From an uncultured Gemmatimonadaceae bacterium (lineage in GTDB: Bacteria > Gemmatimonadota > Gemmatimonadetes > Gemmatimonadales > Gemmatimonadaceae), in NCBI GenBank assembly GCA_963740355.1, contig CAVUDW010000002.1, positions 64,001 through 128,000 on the forward strand: a DNA stretch of 64,000 bases. Direction: 5' to 3'. The notes under the pieces are model-generated. The model was not told the DNA's origin and made no database searches. It was given only the letters and a program-made list of their open reading frames with translations. The translations under genes were made by a program, and so were the position numbers. Shown here piece after piece: positions 10,027 through 20,319 of this stretch; the first letter of the stretch is position 1; each line of letters opens with the position of its first letter.

Positions 10027-11646
10027 ATGCCTCGTTTCGCCTTTCGCGTCCTGTCGCGTGTCGCTGCCGCAACCGGCGCGTCACTGCTCCTCGCTGCCGC
10101 GGCGGCGTTGCCCGCACGTGCGCAACGCACCGCCACACCGCCCCGCCCGACGCTGGTCGTGTTCTTCACGATCGACCAGATGATTCCGGACTACTTCGCG
10201 CGGTATGGCCGGCAGTTCACGGGTGGGTTGCACCGCCTGCAGTCTGGCGGCGTGTTGTACACCAATGGGTATCAGGATCACGCCACCACCGAGACCGCGC
10301 CGGGACATGCGTCGACGATGTCGGGGCGGTTCCCGATGCACACCGGTATCGTGCGCAACAACGCCGGTGTGAATGACAACAACAACACACTGGTTGGTGG
10401 TGGTGGGCCGGGGGCGTCGCCATTTCGCTTTCAGGGCACGACGGTCACCGACTGGATCGTGGGCGCTGATCCGCGGTCCCGCGCGCTCTCGATCAGCCGC
10501 AAGGATCGCGGCGCCATCCTGCCGATCGGTCGCTCGAAGCAGTCGGTGTTCTGGTATGCGAGTGACGGTCGGTTCACGACCAGCCACTGGTACGCCGATA
10601 CCCTGCCCACCTGGTTGACGCAGTTCAATGCGCGACGGCTGCCGGCGAAGATGGCGGGCACGGCATGGACGCTGTTGCGTCCCGAGTCGGCGTACAGCGA
10701 GAAGGACAGCATGCCGATCGAGAGTGTGGGCCGGAACTTCCTGTTCCCGCATCCGCTCCCGACGGACACCGTGCAGGCGGTCCGCTCGCTGCCGGATGAT
10801 CCACGCATGGACTGGGTGACGTTGCAGGCGGCGATGGCGGGGCTGGATGCGATGTCGCTCGGCAAGGGGCCAGCGACCGACGTACTCGCGATCTCGCTGT
10901 CGACCACGGATGCCGTTGGGCATCGCTTCGGTCCGGATTCGCGCGAGATCCATGACCAGATGCTGCGGCTGGACAAGTACATGGGCGAGTTTCTCGATTC
11001 GCTGTACAAGGTGCGCGATTCTTCGAAGATCGTGATCGCGCTGACCGCCGATCATGGTGTGCAGCCCTTTCCGGAAGTGCATTTCGCCGGGCAGCAGAAT
11101 GTGGCGCTCCGAATCAATGCCGAACCGGTGATCACATCGACGATTCGTGCGCTGGCTGGTCGCGGACTGGACACCGCACTGGCACTCGATTTCGAATACG
11201 GGATGGTGTTCGCCGATTCGATGGCGTTCAAGCGTGCGAATGTGTCGCTGGATTCGGTGTTGAACGTGATGGCCGCCGCCTTCAGGCAGGTGCCGGGTGT
11301 GGCACGCGTGGACAAGCGTCGCGACCTCGCGCGTGCCGACACGGTGCGAGATGCGGTGGCGCGGCGATGGATTCACGCCCTGCCACCGTCGCTCAACGTC
11401 GTGATGCTGGTCTCGCCCAAGCCGTTCGTCTACTGGAACGGTGTGACGTATGCGACGCACGGATCGCCGAACGATCGTGATGCGCGGGTCCCGATCCTGT
11501 TCTACGGCCCGGGTTTTGCGCGCGGGGTGACACGTACGCGGACGGTCCGCGTGGTGGACATGGCGCCGACCTTGGCGCGGCGGATCGGCGTCACGCCGTC
11601 CGAGTCTCTCGACGGCGTGGTGCTGCTCGATGCCTTCCGGCGGTAA
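10027..11646 (+). CDS. Secreted alkaline phosphatase family protein (PafA-like)
   Basis: Signal peptide, TIDQM, TETAPGHAS (Thr nucleophile), DAVGH, TADHG, THGSP. Confidence 0.88.
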   Translation: MPRFAFRVLSRVAAATGASLLLAAAAALPARAQRTATPPRPTLVVFFTIDQMIPDYFARYGRQFTGGLHRLQSGGVLYTNGYQDHATTETAPGHASTMSGRFPMHTGIVRNNAGVNDNNNTLVGGGGPGASPFRFQGTTVTDWIVGADPRSRALSISRKDRGAILPIGRSKQSVFWYASDGRFTTSHWYADTLPTWLTQFNARRLPAKMAGTAWTLLRPESAYSEKDSMPIESVGRNFLFPHPLPTDTVQAVRSLPDDPRMDWVTLQAAMAGLDAMSLGKGPATDVLAISLSTTDAVGHRFGPDSREIHDQMLRLDKYMGEFLDSLYKVRDSSKIVIALTADHGVQPFPEVHFAGQQNVALRINAEPVITSTIRALAGRGLDTALALDFEYGMVFADSMAFKRANVSLDSVLNVMAAAFRQVPGVARVDKRRDLARADTVRDAVARRWIHALPPSLNVVMLVSPKPFVYWNGVTYATHGSPNDRDARVPILFYGPGFARGVTRTRTVRVVDMAPTLARRIGVTPSESLDGVVLLDAFRR

Positions 11647-11662
11647 GCGGCGCGAGTCGCCC

Positions 11663-12259
11663 GTGATTCCGATCGAACGGGCATTCGATGAACTGCGCTT
11701 CGGGGCGTCGCGGACGCTGAACCTGCGCGATGGCTTGCCCACGGTGGCGCAGGCGGAGGTGCGCGTGGAATCGTGGCTGCGCCAGCATCAGGCGGATGGT
11801 GGCGGCGAGGTACTGGTGATCACCGGTCGCGGACTCGGCAGCCTCGATGGGGTGGGCAAGGTGCGCGAGGCGGTGCTGCGGCGCTGCACGCAATTGAAGC
11901 GGCTGAACGTGGTGGTGGACGTGCGTGAGCATGGTCCCGGCGCGCTGGTGGTCACTGTGGAGTCGCTGAAGGCCCTCGTCGATGCCCCTCGCCTGCGGAC
12001 GGGGCGGAAGACACCGACATCGGTGCCCGAGCCGTCCGAACTGGCGGCGTTACCTGAGGACATCCGGACGCTGCTGCGCGAACTCGCCAACGTGACGATC
12101 CTGCGGCTTGGCGTGCGCGAGCCGAGCGAGAGCATGGTTGCTGATGAGATGCGGGCGCAGTTCGGTGCATTGGCACCGAGCATCGTGGGCGCTGCGGACC
12201 CGATGATCGCGTTGCGTCGCGTTGGAGAGCGCCTCCTGCAAGAACTGAGGGAGGAGTAG
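11663..12259 (+). CDS. Stand-alone Smr/MutS2-domain protein
   Basis: VLVITGRGLGS...VR...GPGALVV Smr pattern. Confidence 0.75.
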   Translation: MIPIERAFDELRFGASRTLNLRDGLPTVAQAEVRVESWLRQHQADGGGEVLVITGRGLGSLDGVGKVREAVLRRCTQLKRLNVVVDVREHGPGALVVTVESLKALVDAPRLRTGRKTPTSVPEPSELAALPEDIRTLLRELANVTILRLGVREPSESMVADEMRAQFGALAPSIVGAADPMIALRRVGERLLQELREE

Positions 12260-12347
12260 GGACAGTCGACGCATGCCGCCTTGCGAGAGGGCGCTCGTTC
12301 CGACACCATGCTCGGACCCGATCATTCCTCCACTCGCCTTCGCATAC

Positions 12348-14447
12348 ATGCATCGCACATTTCGCACCTTCCTGCTGGGTGCTGCAGTTCCGGCCGCGCT
12401 GGCCGCGCAGGCCCCGTTGCCGGGATTCACCGGCGCGGCCAGCGTCACGCAGCGCGAGCTCGAGCGCCGCGCCATTGCCGTGCCCTCGCCCGATAGCGCG
12501 CGACGCATCGCACGCGCGTTGTCGATCGAACCACATATTGCCGGTACGCCGGCACAGGAGCGCACTCGCGACTACGTGAACGGCGAGCTGCGCAAGCTTG
12601 GCCTGCGCGTCGAGACGAAGAGTTATCGCGTCTACCTGCCGCATGCGACCGGCGTGCAGGTCTGGCGCGTGACGCCCAATCCGATGCCGTTGCCGGTGGA
12701 TGAGCCGGCGATTGCCAGCGACTCGGTGTCGACGTTGCCGCAGTACCCGACGGTGAATGGCTACAGCGCCGCCGGCGATGTGACGGCCGAGGTGATGTAT
12801 GTGAACTACGGCCTGGTCGAAGACTACGCCAAGCTCGATTCGATGGGCTTGTCAGTGAAGGGCAAGATCGTGGTGGCGCGGTATGGACGCAGCTTCCGCG
12901 GCATCAAGGCCCGTGAAGCGGAGAAGCATGGTGCAGTCGCGATCCTGATCTACAGCGATCCGATCGACGATGGCTTCGTGACCGGTGATGTGTACCCCGT
13001 TGGACCGATGCGCAATTCGCGTGGCGTGCAGCGCGGCAGTGTCTACAACGGTTATGGCGACCCGAGCACGCCGGGTTACGGCGCCACGCTGACGGCGCCG
13101 CGGATCGCGATGGACCAGATGGTGGTGCCGAAGATTCCGGTGGTCCCGATTTCGTATGCGACCGCGGGCGCACTGCTGGAAGGGGTGGGTGGTGCGAAGA
13201 TTCCGCAGTCGTGGCAGGGCGGCTTGTCATTTCGTTATCACATCGGGCCCGGGCCGGTGAGTGCGCGGGTTGCGGTGACGATGGACAACCAGCCGTTCAA
13301 GATGATTCACAACACCATCGCCACACTGCCCGGCCGCACCAACGCCGATGAAGTGATCGTGATCGGTGGACATCGCGACGCGTGGGGCGCCGGTGCTGGC
13401 GACAACGTGAGTGGCATCACCAGCATCCTCGAGTCGGCGCGCGCGGTGGTGCGTGGCCTGAACGGCATGCTGCCGGCGCGCACGATCGTCTTCGCGACGT
13501 GGGATGCCGAAGAGTGGGGCATGCTGGGCTCGACCGAATACGTCGAGGATGACTCACTGCGGTTGCAGCGCGGTGGTGTGGCCTACCTGAACCTCGATGT
13601 CAGCGCGACCGGCCTCGATTTTGGCGCCGGTGGTTCACCGTCGCTCCGTGGCCTGACGCGTGAGTTGTCGCGCGAAGTGCCCGATCCGCGTGGAATGGGG
13701 TCGGTCTACGCCACCTGGCGGAAGCGATCGGCCGTGGCCGATTCGTCGGAGCCGGGCATGGGTGACCCGGGTGGTGGGTCTGATTTCGCCGGTTTCTACA
13801 ATCACTTCGGCATTCCGCACGCCGACTGGGGTTTTGGTGGCCCGGGTGGCGTGTACCACTCTGCCTACGACTCGCGGCGCTGGATGGAGACGTTCGGCGA
13901 CACCGGGTACGTGGCGCATGCAGCGGCGGCGCGATTGGCCGCGGCCATGCTGCTTCGCCTGGCCAATGCCGACATCGTGCCGTACGACTATGTCGAGTTC
14001 GGCAACACGATGCGGCGCTACATCACACGCACCACGCAGCAGCTGACGTCGATCAATGCCGGTGATGCGTCAACGCTGGATGCGGCGTGGGTCACGTTCA
14101 TCGCGCGAGCGACACGCTTCAACCAGGTGCGTGACAGCGTGCTGGCGCGCGGCAACATCGACCTCGCGAAGCAGCGCGCCACCAATGCGGCGTTGCGGCA
14201 GGTAGAGCGCCGTCTCTCGCGTCCCGAGGGCCTCAAGTCGCGTGCCTGGGTGCGTGGCTTGATCTACGCGGCCGATGTCGACAACGGGTATTCGACGATG
14301 ATCTTCCCGACCATCGGCGAAGCGGTTCGTGCGAAGGACGCGACGCTGGCGCGGACGGAGCTCGCCGACCTGGTGGCACGCGTGGGTCAGGCGGGTGCGG
14401 CGTTGGATGACGCGCGGGCTGCGCTCACGGCGGCCGGAAAGCGCTAG
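12348..14447 (+). CDS. M28 metallopeptidase (glutamate carboxypeptidase II-like; PA and TfR-dimerisation domains)
   Basis: GHRDAW, DNVSG, WDAEE, YLNLD, GSDF, YHSAYD. Confidence 0.92.
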   Translation: MHRTFRTFLLGAAVPAALAAQAPLPGFTGAASVTQRELERRAIAVPSPDSARRIARALSIEPHIAGTPAQERTRDYVNGELRKLGLRVETKSYRVYLPHATGVQVWRVTPNPMPLPVDEPAIASDSVSTLPQYPTVNGYSAAGDVTAEVMYVNYGLVEDYAKLDSMGLSVKGKIVVARYGRSFRGIKAREAEKHGAVAILIYSDPIDDGFVTGDVYPVGPMRNSRGVQRGSVYNGYGDPSTPGYGATLTAPRIAMDQMVVPKIPVVPISYATAGALLEGVGGAKIPQSWQGGLSFRYHIGPGPVSARVAVTMDNQPFKMIHNTIATLPGRTNADEVIVIGGHRDAWGAGAGDNVSGITSILESARAVVRGLNGMLPARTIVFATWDAEEWGMLGSTEYVEDDSLRLQRGGVAYLNLDVSATGLDFGAGGSPSLRGLTRELSREVPDPRGMGSVYATWRKRSAVADSSEPGMGDPGGGSDFAGFYNHFGIPHADWGFGGPGGVYHSAYDSRRWMETFGDTGYVAHAAAARLAAAMLLRLANADIVPYDYVEFGNTMRRYITRTTQQLTSINAGDASTLDAAWVTFIARATRFNQVRDSVLARGNIDLAKQRATNAALRQVERRLSRPEGLKSRAWVRGLIYAADVDNGYSTMIFPTIGEAVRAKDATLARTELADLVARVGQAGAALDDARAALTAAGKR

Positions 14448-14464
14448 CCGTCAATTCTGAGGAA

Positions 14465-14493
14465 GTCGGCGCGCGAGCAACCGTCGCGCCGAC
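14465..14493. terminator. GC-rich hairpin between convergent genes
   Basis: gtcggcgcg/cgcgccgac 9-bp stem; no clear U-tract. Confidence 0.4.
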
Positions 14494-14509
14494 GGAGGTG
14501 CCGCGATGG

Positions 14510-15679
14510 TCAGTCGCGGCGCCGCAGGTCATCGAGGGTGGACGAACGGCGGATCGGGGGCGGAAAGATTTCCGCCAGCCGATCCGCAATCGTTTGCGGG
14601 TCGTCGGTCAGCGACACTTCTCGCTCGATCGGTTGGGCCCGCAGCGAGGGCGAGGTTGGCGGCACGTGCTCGGCCATGGTCGAGGCCAGGTCCGGGCCTG
14701 GCGCCGCCTGTGGTGCGCGGCGGCGTGCCGTGCGCACGCCCAAGGCGTAGAGGCGCCGCGCTGCATCACTCTGGCCGGTGGACGCGCCGGGGCTGGCGGA
14801 CTCGCCCGGTACGCCTGTCTGGTCGAGGCGGGCGGCGTCGGCGAACGAGGCGGGCCTGGGCGGTGTGTCATCCGGTGCGTCGAGGTCGATGGCCGATTCC
14901 GATGGGCGCAGGTCGAGCCAGGCCGGTGCCTCGAAGATCGGTGACAGGGCGCGTGCCGGCTCGAGGCGTTCGATCGCCGCGCGGCCCTCGGCCACCGAGC
15001 GCTCGCTGGTGCTGCCGGCACAGGCGCAGTGATAGGCGCCCGCTGGATCGATCATCGTGACCCCGCCGTCAAACAGCGAGTCGGCGACCGCCAGCAGCGG
15101 ATTCATCTTGCCGGTGAGGGTGACCAGGTTGCGGCGCAGCAGCGACTGCACGAGGTCCGGGCGCGGCGCGCCACCAGGGCTCGAGAGGAATCTGCGCCGG
15201 TCGGGCGGAAGGCGGTCACTGAACACATCGGGCTGCGCACGGAGCGAGATGCCCTTCTGCTCCAGTCCGCGCAAGAACGCCTCGGGCAGTACCTGAAGGT
15301 CGATCGCGGGGTCCTGCGCGCCGGGGCAGGCGCCGATGTAGGTGATGTGCTGCGGCTCGGTGCGTTCCGCACGCAGCGCACGGGCCAGCGCGACCGCGGC
15401 CGGCGCGACCGGGATGGTCACGTCGGCGAGGTTGGCCTCCCGCTTGCATAGCTGCGATAACGAGAACGGGCAGGCGCACTGCACCACCGGCCGCCGACCG
15501 CGCAGCTGCGCCAGCCGCAGCGTTTCGCCGGCCACCAGCTCATCTCCCAGGCTTGCCGGAACGACCGCGTCAAACCCGGCCGCCAGTGCTGCGTGCATCA
15601 ACTGCACGGGTAGCGCTGGCGACGCCGCGAGGTACGCGTCGTTGCCGAGGATTGCAGTCGAGAGGGGCGGAGCGCTCAC
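14510..15679 (-). CDS. [FeFe]-hydrogenase large-subunit C-terminal-like domain protein (degenerate) with disordered tail
   Basis: QLMHAALAAGFDAV...SLGDELVA...PVVQCACP...ITYIGACPG...IDLQVL...HCACAG follows Fe_hyd_lg_C motif order; start chosen downstream of the sigma54-type promoter. Confidence 0.65.
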   Translation of the reverse strand: MSAPPLSTAILGNDAYLAASPALPVQLMHAALAAGFDAVVPASLGDELVAGETLRLAQLRGRRPVVQCACPFSLSQLCKREANLADVTIPVAPAAVALARALRAERTEPQHITYIGACPGAQDPAIDLQVLPEAFLRGLEQKGISLRAQPDVFSDRLPPDRRRFLSSPGGAPRPDLVQSLLRRNLVTLTGKMNPLLAVADSLFDGGVTMIDPAGAYHCACAGSTSERSVAEGRAAIERLEPARALSPIFEAPAWLDLRPSESAIDLDAPDDTPPRPASFADAARLDQTGVPGESASPGASTGQSDAARRLYALGVRTARRRAPQAAPGPDLASTMAEHVPPTSPSLRAQPIEREVSLTDDPQTIADRLAEIFPPPIRRSSTLDDLRRRD

Positions 15680-15728
15680 ACGAGGCGTGCCGTGGGATGG
15701 ACTGTCGGGATTATGGATCAGAGCGGTG

Positions 15729-15743
15729 GCAACATGCACGCCA
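15729..15743 (-). promoter_or_regulatory. Putative sigma54 (-24/-12) promoter
   Basis: Minus strand TGGCGTGCATGTTGC (GG-N10-GC with TTGC), about 50 bp upstream of GTG 15679. Confidence 0.65.
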
Positions 15744-15955
15744 ACCAGCCTCGTCCATACACACCATCCACGTGCCTCGGGGCAAGTGATGCCTAACCGC
15801 TTGCGCCCATTGAACTTGCATAGCCGGAACTCCCTCGCACGCAGCGTCGCGTGGCAGTGGTCAACAACGTGACGCGGCTCCATCTGTTGCACGTGGGCAT
15901 CAGAGTGAGCGGAATCCCTGCCGCAAAGTTACAGCGGGCTAAGTATCTTCGCACC

Positions 15956-17113
15956 GTGACTGACGCGGCAATCGAACCCGCATTGCCGCCACTGAGCGGC
16001 GATGAGATGGACCGGTACGCCCGCCACCTGTCGCTGCCGGGGGTCGGCATCACCGGTCAGCAGCGCCTGAAAGCGGCCGCCGTGCTGATCATCGGCGCCG
16101 GAGGACTTGGCTCCCCGGCGGCGCTGTACCTCGCAGCGGCCGGCATTGGCCGACTTGGCATCGCGGATGCCGATCGGGTCGAACTGTCGAACCTGCAGCG
16201 ACAGATCCTGCACGACACGCGCAGTGTCGGCGTGGCGAAAGTCGACAGTGCCCGGACGACGCTGGCCGCACTGAACCCATTGGTGCAGGTCGAGACCCAT
16301 CCGGTGCGTGTGACGGCCAGCAACGCGGCGGCGTTGATTGCCGGCTACGACCTGGTGATCGACGGCACCGATAATTTTTCGACGCGATATGCGGTCAGCG
16401 ATGCCTGCGTGGCGCTCGGCACGCCGTATCTCTACGCCAGCGTACAGCGCTTCGACGGCCAGGTGTCGTTCTTCAACGTGAACGACGGCCCCTGCTATCG
16501 CTGCCTCTTCCCGACACCACCCGCCCCCGGATCCGTGCCAAGTTGCGCCGAAGCCGGTGTGTTTGGTGTGATGCCGGGACTAATGGGGATCCTGCAGGCC
16601 AGCGAGGCGATCAAGTGGATCACCGGCACCGGCGAGGTGCTCGCCGGCCGGTTGCTGATGGTCGACGTGCTGCAGATGCACTTCCGCGAAATTGCCTTCG
16701 ATCGCGACCCGCAGTGTCCATCGTGTGGCGCCGCAGCACGGGCTGCGGTCGCTGCCCCCCCGGAAACCCGTCCGACTCCCCCTCCCAGGCCGATGCTCTC
16801 GAACCTCACTCCCACGCAGATTCGCGACGCGCTCGCGGCACGCACCGATGCGGTCCTGGTGGATGTACGCGAGCCGGCCGAGTACGCGATTGCGCACATC
16901 GACGGCGCCCTCCTGATCCCGCTGCGCACCCTGCCGCAGCAGGTCGAGACGCTGCCGCGTGACAAGGAGATCATCCTTCACTGCCACCACGGCATGCGCA
17001 GCGAGATGGCTGGCGATTTCCTTCTGGCACAAGGGTTTTCACGCGTCTCGCACATGGTCGGTGGCATCGATCGGTGGAGTGACGAGGTCGACGCCACAGT
17101 CGCGAAGTACTGA
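15956..17113 (+). CDS. moeB: MoeB/ThiF adenylyltransferase with C-terminal rhodanese domain
   Basis: RYARH, GAGGLGS, SNLQRQ, DGTDN, CYRC, CAEAG, CPSC; rhodanese DVRE...CHHGMRS. Confidence 0.9.
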   Translation: MTDAAIEPALPPLSGDEMDRYARHLSLPGVGITGQQRLKAAAVLIIGAGGLGSPAALYLAAAGIGRLGIADADRVELSNLQRQILHDTRSVGVAKVDSARTTLAALNPLVQVETHPVRVTASNAAALIAGYDLVIDGTDNFSTRYAVSDACVALGTPYLYASVQRFDGQVSFFNVNDGPCYRCLFPTPPAPGSVPSCAEAGVFGVMPGLMGILQASEAIKWITGTGEVLAGRLLMVDVLQMHFREIAFDRDPQCPSCGAAARAAVAAPPETRPTPPPRPMLSNLTPTQIRDALAARTDAVLVDVREPAEYAIAHIDGALLIPLRTLPQQVETLPRDKEIILHCHHGMRSEMAGDFLLAQGFSRVSHMVGGIDRWSDEVDATVAKY

Positions 17114-17119
17114 GCCTCC

Positions 17120-18040
17120 GTGTTCACGGCGCTCGCGATCGGGTGCGGCGCGCTCGCGCTCGTGCACACTGGGGTGTATCGCGCCCGGATGATGCGCACT
17201 CGCCGGACCGACGCGACGCGGCTGCCGGTTGGCGCCAGCGGCATCATTCCCGGCGCAGAGCCGATCGACCTGCGCGCCAGCGCAACACACGCGGCGCTCC
17301 TGATCCACGGCTTCGGGGACACACCGCAGTCCGTGCGGCAACTCGCCCAGTACCTGCACGACGTGCATGGTTGGACGGTGCGAGCCCCGCTGCTGCCGGG
17401 CCATGGCCGCACGCTGGCCGCGTTCGACGCCAAGGGCTCCGCCGCCTGGCGGGCGGCGCTGCAGAAGGAGTACGACGCGCTGCGGGCCACGTATCCCACG
17501 GTGGTGCTGGTGGGATTGTCGATGGGCGGTGCGTTGGCCACGCTGCTTGCCGCCGCTGATCCCGCGCTGCCGGCGCTGGTGTTGCTCGCGCCCTACCTCA
17601 CACCTCCGGCCAACGCCCAGCGCCTGGCTCCGTTGGCCGACCTGATCAACCTCGCGGTGCCGTACCTCAAGGGTGGCGACAAGGAGCGCTCGATCTTCGA
17701 TCCGGCCGCCCGGGCGCAGGCCCTGGGGTACGGCGCGGCGCCACCGAAACGGGTGCGCGACCTGGTGGCGGTGGCGCACGACGCCCGATTCGCAGCCGGC
17801 GATGTGCGGGCGCCGACGTTGATGATGCACTCCCGGACCGACTACCGGATTCCTGCCGCACTGGCGGAAGGCCACCCGGCGCTCTTCACCCACGCCGCAG
17901 TCTGCGAACAGGTGTGGGTCGAGGGATGCGGACATGTGATCACGATCGATTTCTGCCGCGAAACAGTCTGGGCCACCACTGCCGCCTGGCTCGCACGCTT
18001 CGCCGGCGACCCCATGGTGGCGCCCCCGCGCGTATCGTAG
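17120..18040 (+). CDS. Alpha/beta hydrolase (carboxylesterase/monoacylglycerol lipase-like)
   Basis: HGFG, LPGHG, GLSMGG nucleophile elbow, C-terminal GHV. Confidence 0.88.
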   Translation: MFTALAIGCGALALVHTGVYRARMMRTRRTDATRLPVGASGIIPGAEPIDLRASATHAALLIHGFGDTPQSVRQLAQYLHDVHGWTVRAPLLPGHGRTLAAFDAKGSAAWRAALQKEYDALRATYPTVVLVGLSMGGALATLLAAADPALPALVLLAPYLTPPANAQRLAPLADLINLAVPYLKGGDKERSIFDPAARAQALGYGAAPPKRVRDLVAVAHDARFAAGDVRAPTLMMHSRTDYRIPAALAEGHPALFTHAAVCEQVWVEGCGHVITIDFCRETVWATTAAWLARFAGDPMVAPPRVS

Positions 18041-18044
18041 GCCC

Positions 18045-18743
18045 ATGCGAATGCTGATCGTCGGGGCGACGGGATACGTGGGACGCCATGTCGTGACCGA
18101 GGCGCATCGCGCCGGCCATGACGTGCTGGCACATGTGCGACCCGACTCCGCATCGGGTGATCGGGCTGCCGCCGCCATGGTCGCCTCCGGTGCCCGGGTC
18201 CTCCGCACGCCGTGGACGGGGGAAGCCTGGTATCGGCTGCTGGAAACCGATCCGCCCGAACGACTGTTCCTGCTGCTCGGGACGACGGCCAGCCGGGCGA
18301 AAGCGGCGCGCGCTGCCGGCGGCCCGGATGCGTCGCAGGCGGCTGTCGATCTGGGACTGACGCAACTCGCCCTCACTGCCGCCCGGACGGCTTCGCCAGC
18401 CACCGGATTGGTCTACCTTTCCGCACTCGGCGCGTCAGCGTCGGGCAATGAATACCTGCGGGTTCGTGCGACGGTCGAGGCTGCGCTGGTGAGCGGGCCA
18501 AACCCGTTTACTGTTGTGCGACCAAGCTTCATCACCGGACCGGATCGTGACGAAGTGCGTCCGGGCGAGCGGATCGGCGCGATGGTTGGCGATGCCCTGT
18601 GTGCAGTGCTCCGACTCGTCGGCGGTCGACGGCGTGCGGCGAAACTGGCGTCGATTACCGGCGCCGATCTGGCGAAGATCCTGGTCGAGCTGGCCTCCGG
18701 GCCGCTCGACCGTCGTGTGCATGAGCTGGACGACTTCCGCTAA
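18045..18743 (+). CDS. NAD(P)-binding Rossmann-fold protein (atypical SDR)
   Basis: GATGYVG, YLSALGA, VRPSFI. Confidence 0.82.
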   Translation: MRMLIVGATGYVGRHVVTEAHRAGHDVLAHVRPDSASGDRAAAAMVASGARVLRTPWTGEAWYRLLETDPPERLFLLLGTTASRAKAARAAGGPDASQAAVDLGLTQLALTAARTASPATGLVYLSALGASASGNEYLRVRATVEAALVSGPNPFTVVRPSFITGPDRDEVRPGERIGAMVGDALCAVLRLVGGRRRAAKLASITGADLAKILVELASGPLDRRVHELDDFR

Positions 18744-18859
18744 CGGGAGTCTGCGAGGCGCAGCACCTTCCAGCAGTCCGTCCCACCACGTCGGCGCAAG
18801 TCGGCCGTGGTGCTCCGCGTGGTCCTGATGCTTTACCGTGCTCCTTACCGCCTGAACTC

Positions 18860-19975
18860 ATGCGTATTTCCGTTCTGACCGAACGCGCCGAGGGCGAACA
18901 ACGCGTCGCGCTGGTGCCGGAGAATGTCGCCAAGCTGGTGAAAGCCGGTGCGACGGTCGTTGTCCAGAAAGGTGCCGGTGCGCGCGCCTTTCACGCCGAC
19001 GAGGCGTACACCGCGGCCGGCGCGACGTTGGCCGACACCGCCGCTGCCGCGGTGGCAGGGGCGGACGTCATCGTGAAGGTGCAGCGCCCGCTGGCCGATG
19101 AGATGTCGCTGCTGCCGGCCGGCGTCACGCTCGTCTGCCTGCTCAATGCGCAGTCGGCGGGTGACCTGATCCAGCAGCTGGCCACGCAAAAGGTGAGCAC
19201 CCTCGCACTCGAGCGGGTGCCGCGCATCACGCGCGCGCAATCGATGGACGTGCTCAGCTCGCAGGCGACCGTGGCTGGCTACAAGGCGGTGCTGATGGGC
19301 GCTGCCGCGCTGCCGCGATTGCTGCCGATGATGACGACCGCCGCCGGCTCCCTGACGCCGGGCAAGGCGTTCGTGATCGGTGCCGGCGTGGCGGGCCTGC
19401 AGGCGATCGCCACGGCACGCCGACTGGGCGCCGTGGTGAGCGCGTTCGACGTCCGTCCGGCCGCAGCCGAACAGGTGCAGTCCCTGGGCGCCACGTTCGT
19501 GAAGTCGGATGTCGTGTCGGCGGCCGCCGAGGACAAGGGCGGCTACGCCAAGGCGCAGTCGCAGGACGAGGCGGCGCGGACACTCGAGACCATCGGCAAC
19601 CACATCGTGTCGCAGGATCTGGTGATCACGACGGCCGCCATTCCCGGTCGCGCGGCGCCGCGGCTGATCACGGCCGAGATGGTGCACAAGATGAAGCCCG
19701 GTGCGGTGATCGTGGATCTCGCGGCGGAGACGGGCGGCAACTGCGAATTGACGGTGTTCGGCGAGACGGTGGTGGTCAACGGCGTCACGATCTTCGGCCC
19801 GCGCAACCTTCCCGCCACACAGCCGTTGCACGCCTCGCAGATGTTCGGCCGCAACGTCCTGACGTTGCTGCAGCACCTGACCTCGAAGGAGGGCAACACC
19901 CTCGTCGTCGATCCTGCCGACGAGATCACGGGCGCGATGCTCGTCACGCACGATGGCCAGATTCGACTGAGCTGA
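18860..19975 (+). CDS. pntA: NAD(P) transhydrogenase alpha subunit part 1
   Basis: RVALVP, RAQSMDVLSS, GAGVAGLQAI, DLAAETGGNC. Confidence 0.96.
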   Translation: MRISVLTERAEGEQRVALVPENVAKLVKAGATVVVQKGAGARAFHADEAYTAAGATLADTAAAAVAGADVIVKVQRPLADEMSLLPAGVTLVCLLNAQSAGDLIQQLATQKVSTLALERVPRITRAQSMDVLSSQATVAGYKAVLMGAAALPRLLPMMTTAAGSLTPGKAFVIGAGVAGLQAIATARRLGAVVSAFDVRPAAAEQVQSLGATFVKSDVVSAAAEDKGGYAKAQSQDEAARTLETIGNHIVSQDLVITTAAIPGRAAPRLITAEMVHKMKPGAVIVDLAAETGGNCELTVFGETVVVNGVTIFGPRNLPATQPLHASQMFGRNVLTLLQHLTSKEGNTLVVDPADEITGAMLVTHDGQIRLS

Positions 19976-19998
19976 CCCGTACCCCGACCGGAATTGTC

Positions 19999-20319
19999 AT
20001 GACTGGCAACTACATCATTTCCCTGTATGTGTTCGTGCTGGCGGGTTTCGTCGGCTACCTGCTGATCACGCGCGTGCCGCCGCTGCTGCACACGCCGCTG
20101 ATGTCGGCGACCAATGCGATCTCCGGCATCTCGCTGGTGGGATCGCTGGTGGCGGCGGGCGGCAAGTTCGGCACCGTCTCCACCGTCCTTGGCTTCATCG
20201 CGGTGATCTGCGCCACCACCAACGTGGTGGGTGGATTCATCATCACCGATCGCATGCTCGGCATGTTCAAGCGCACCGAGAAGCCGACCGAATTGCCGTC
20301 GGGGTCGAAGAATGCGTGA
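19999..20319 (+). CDS. pntA: NAD(P) transhydrogenase alpha subunit part 2 (membrane)
   Basis: LHTPLMSATNAISG, NVVGGFIITDRMLGMF. Confidence 0.95.
   Translation: MTGNYIISLYVFVLAGFVGYLLITRVPPLLHTPLMSATNAISGISLVGSLVAAGGKFGTVSTVLGFIAVICATTNVVGGFIITDRMLGMFKRTEKPTELPSGSKNA

Noticed and set aside
15680..15892. N-terminal extension of the hydrogenase-like ORF as given in the ORF track
   Set aside because: It overlaps the sigma54-type promoter and the divergent intergenic region; a start at 15679 fits better
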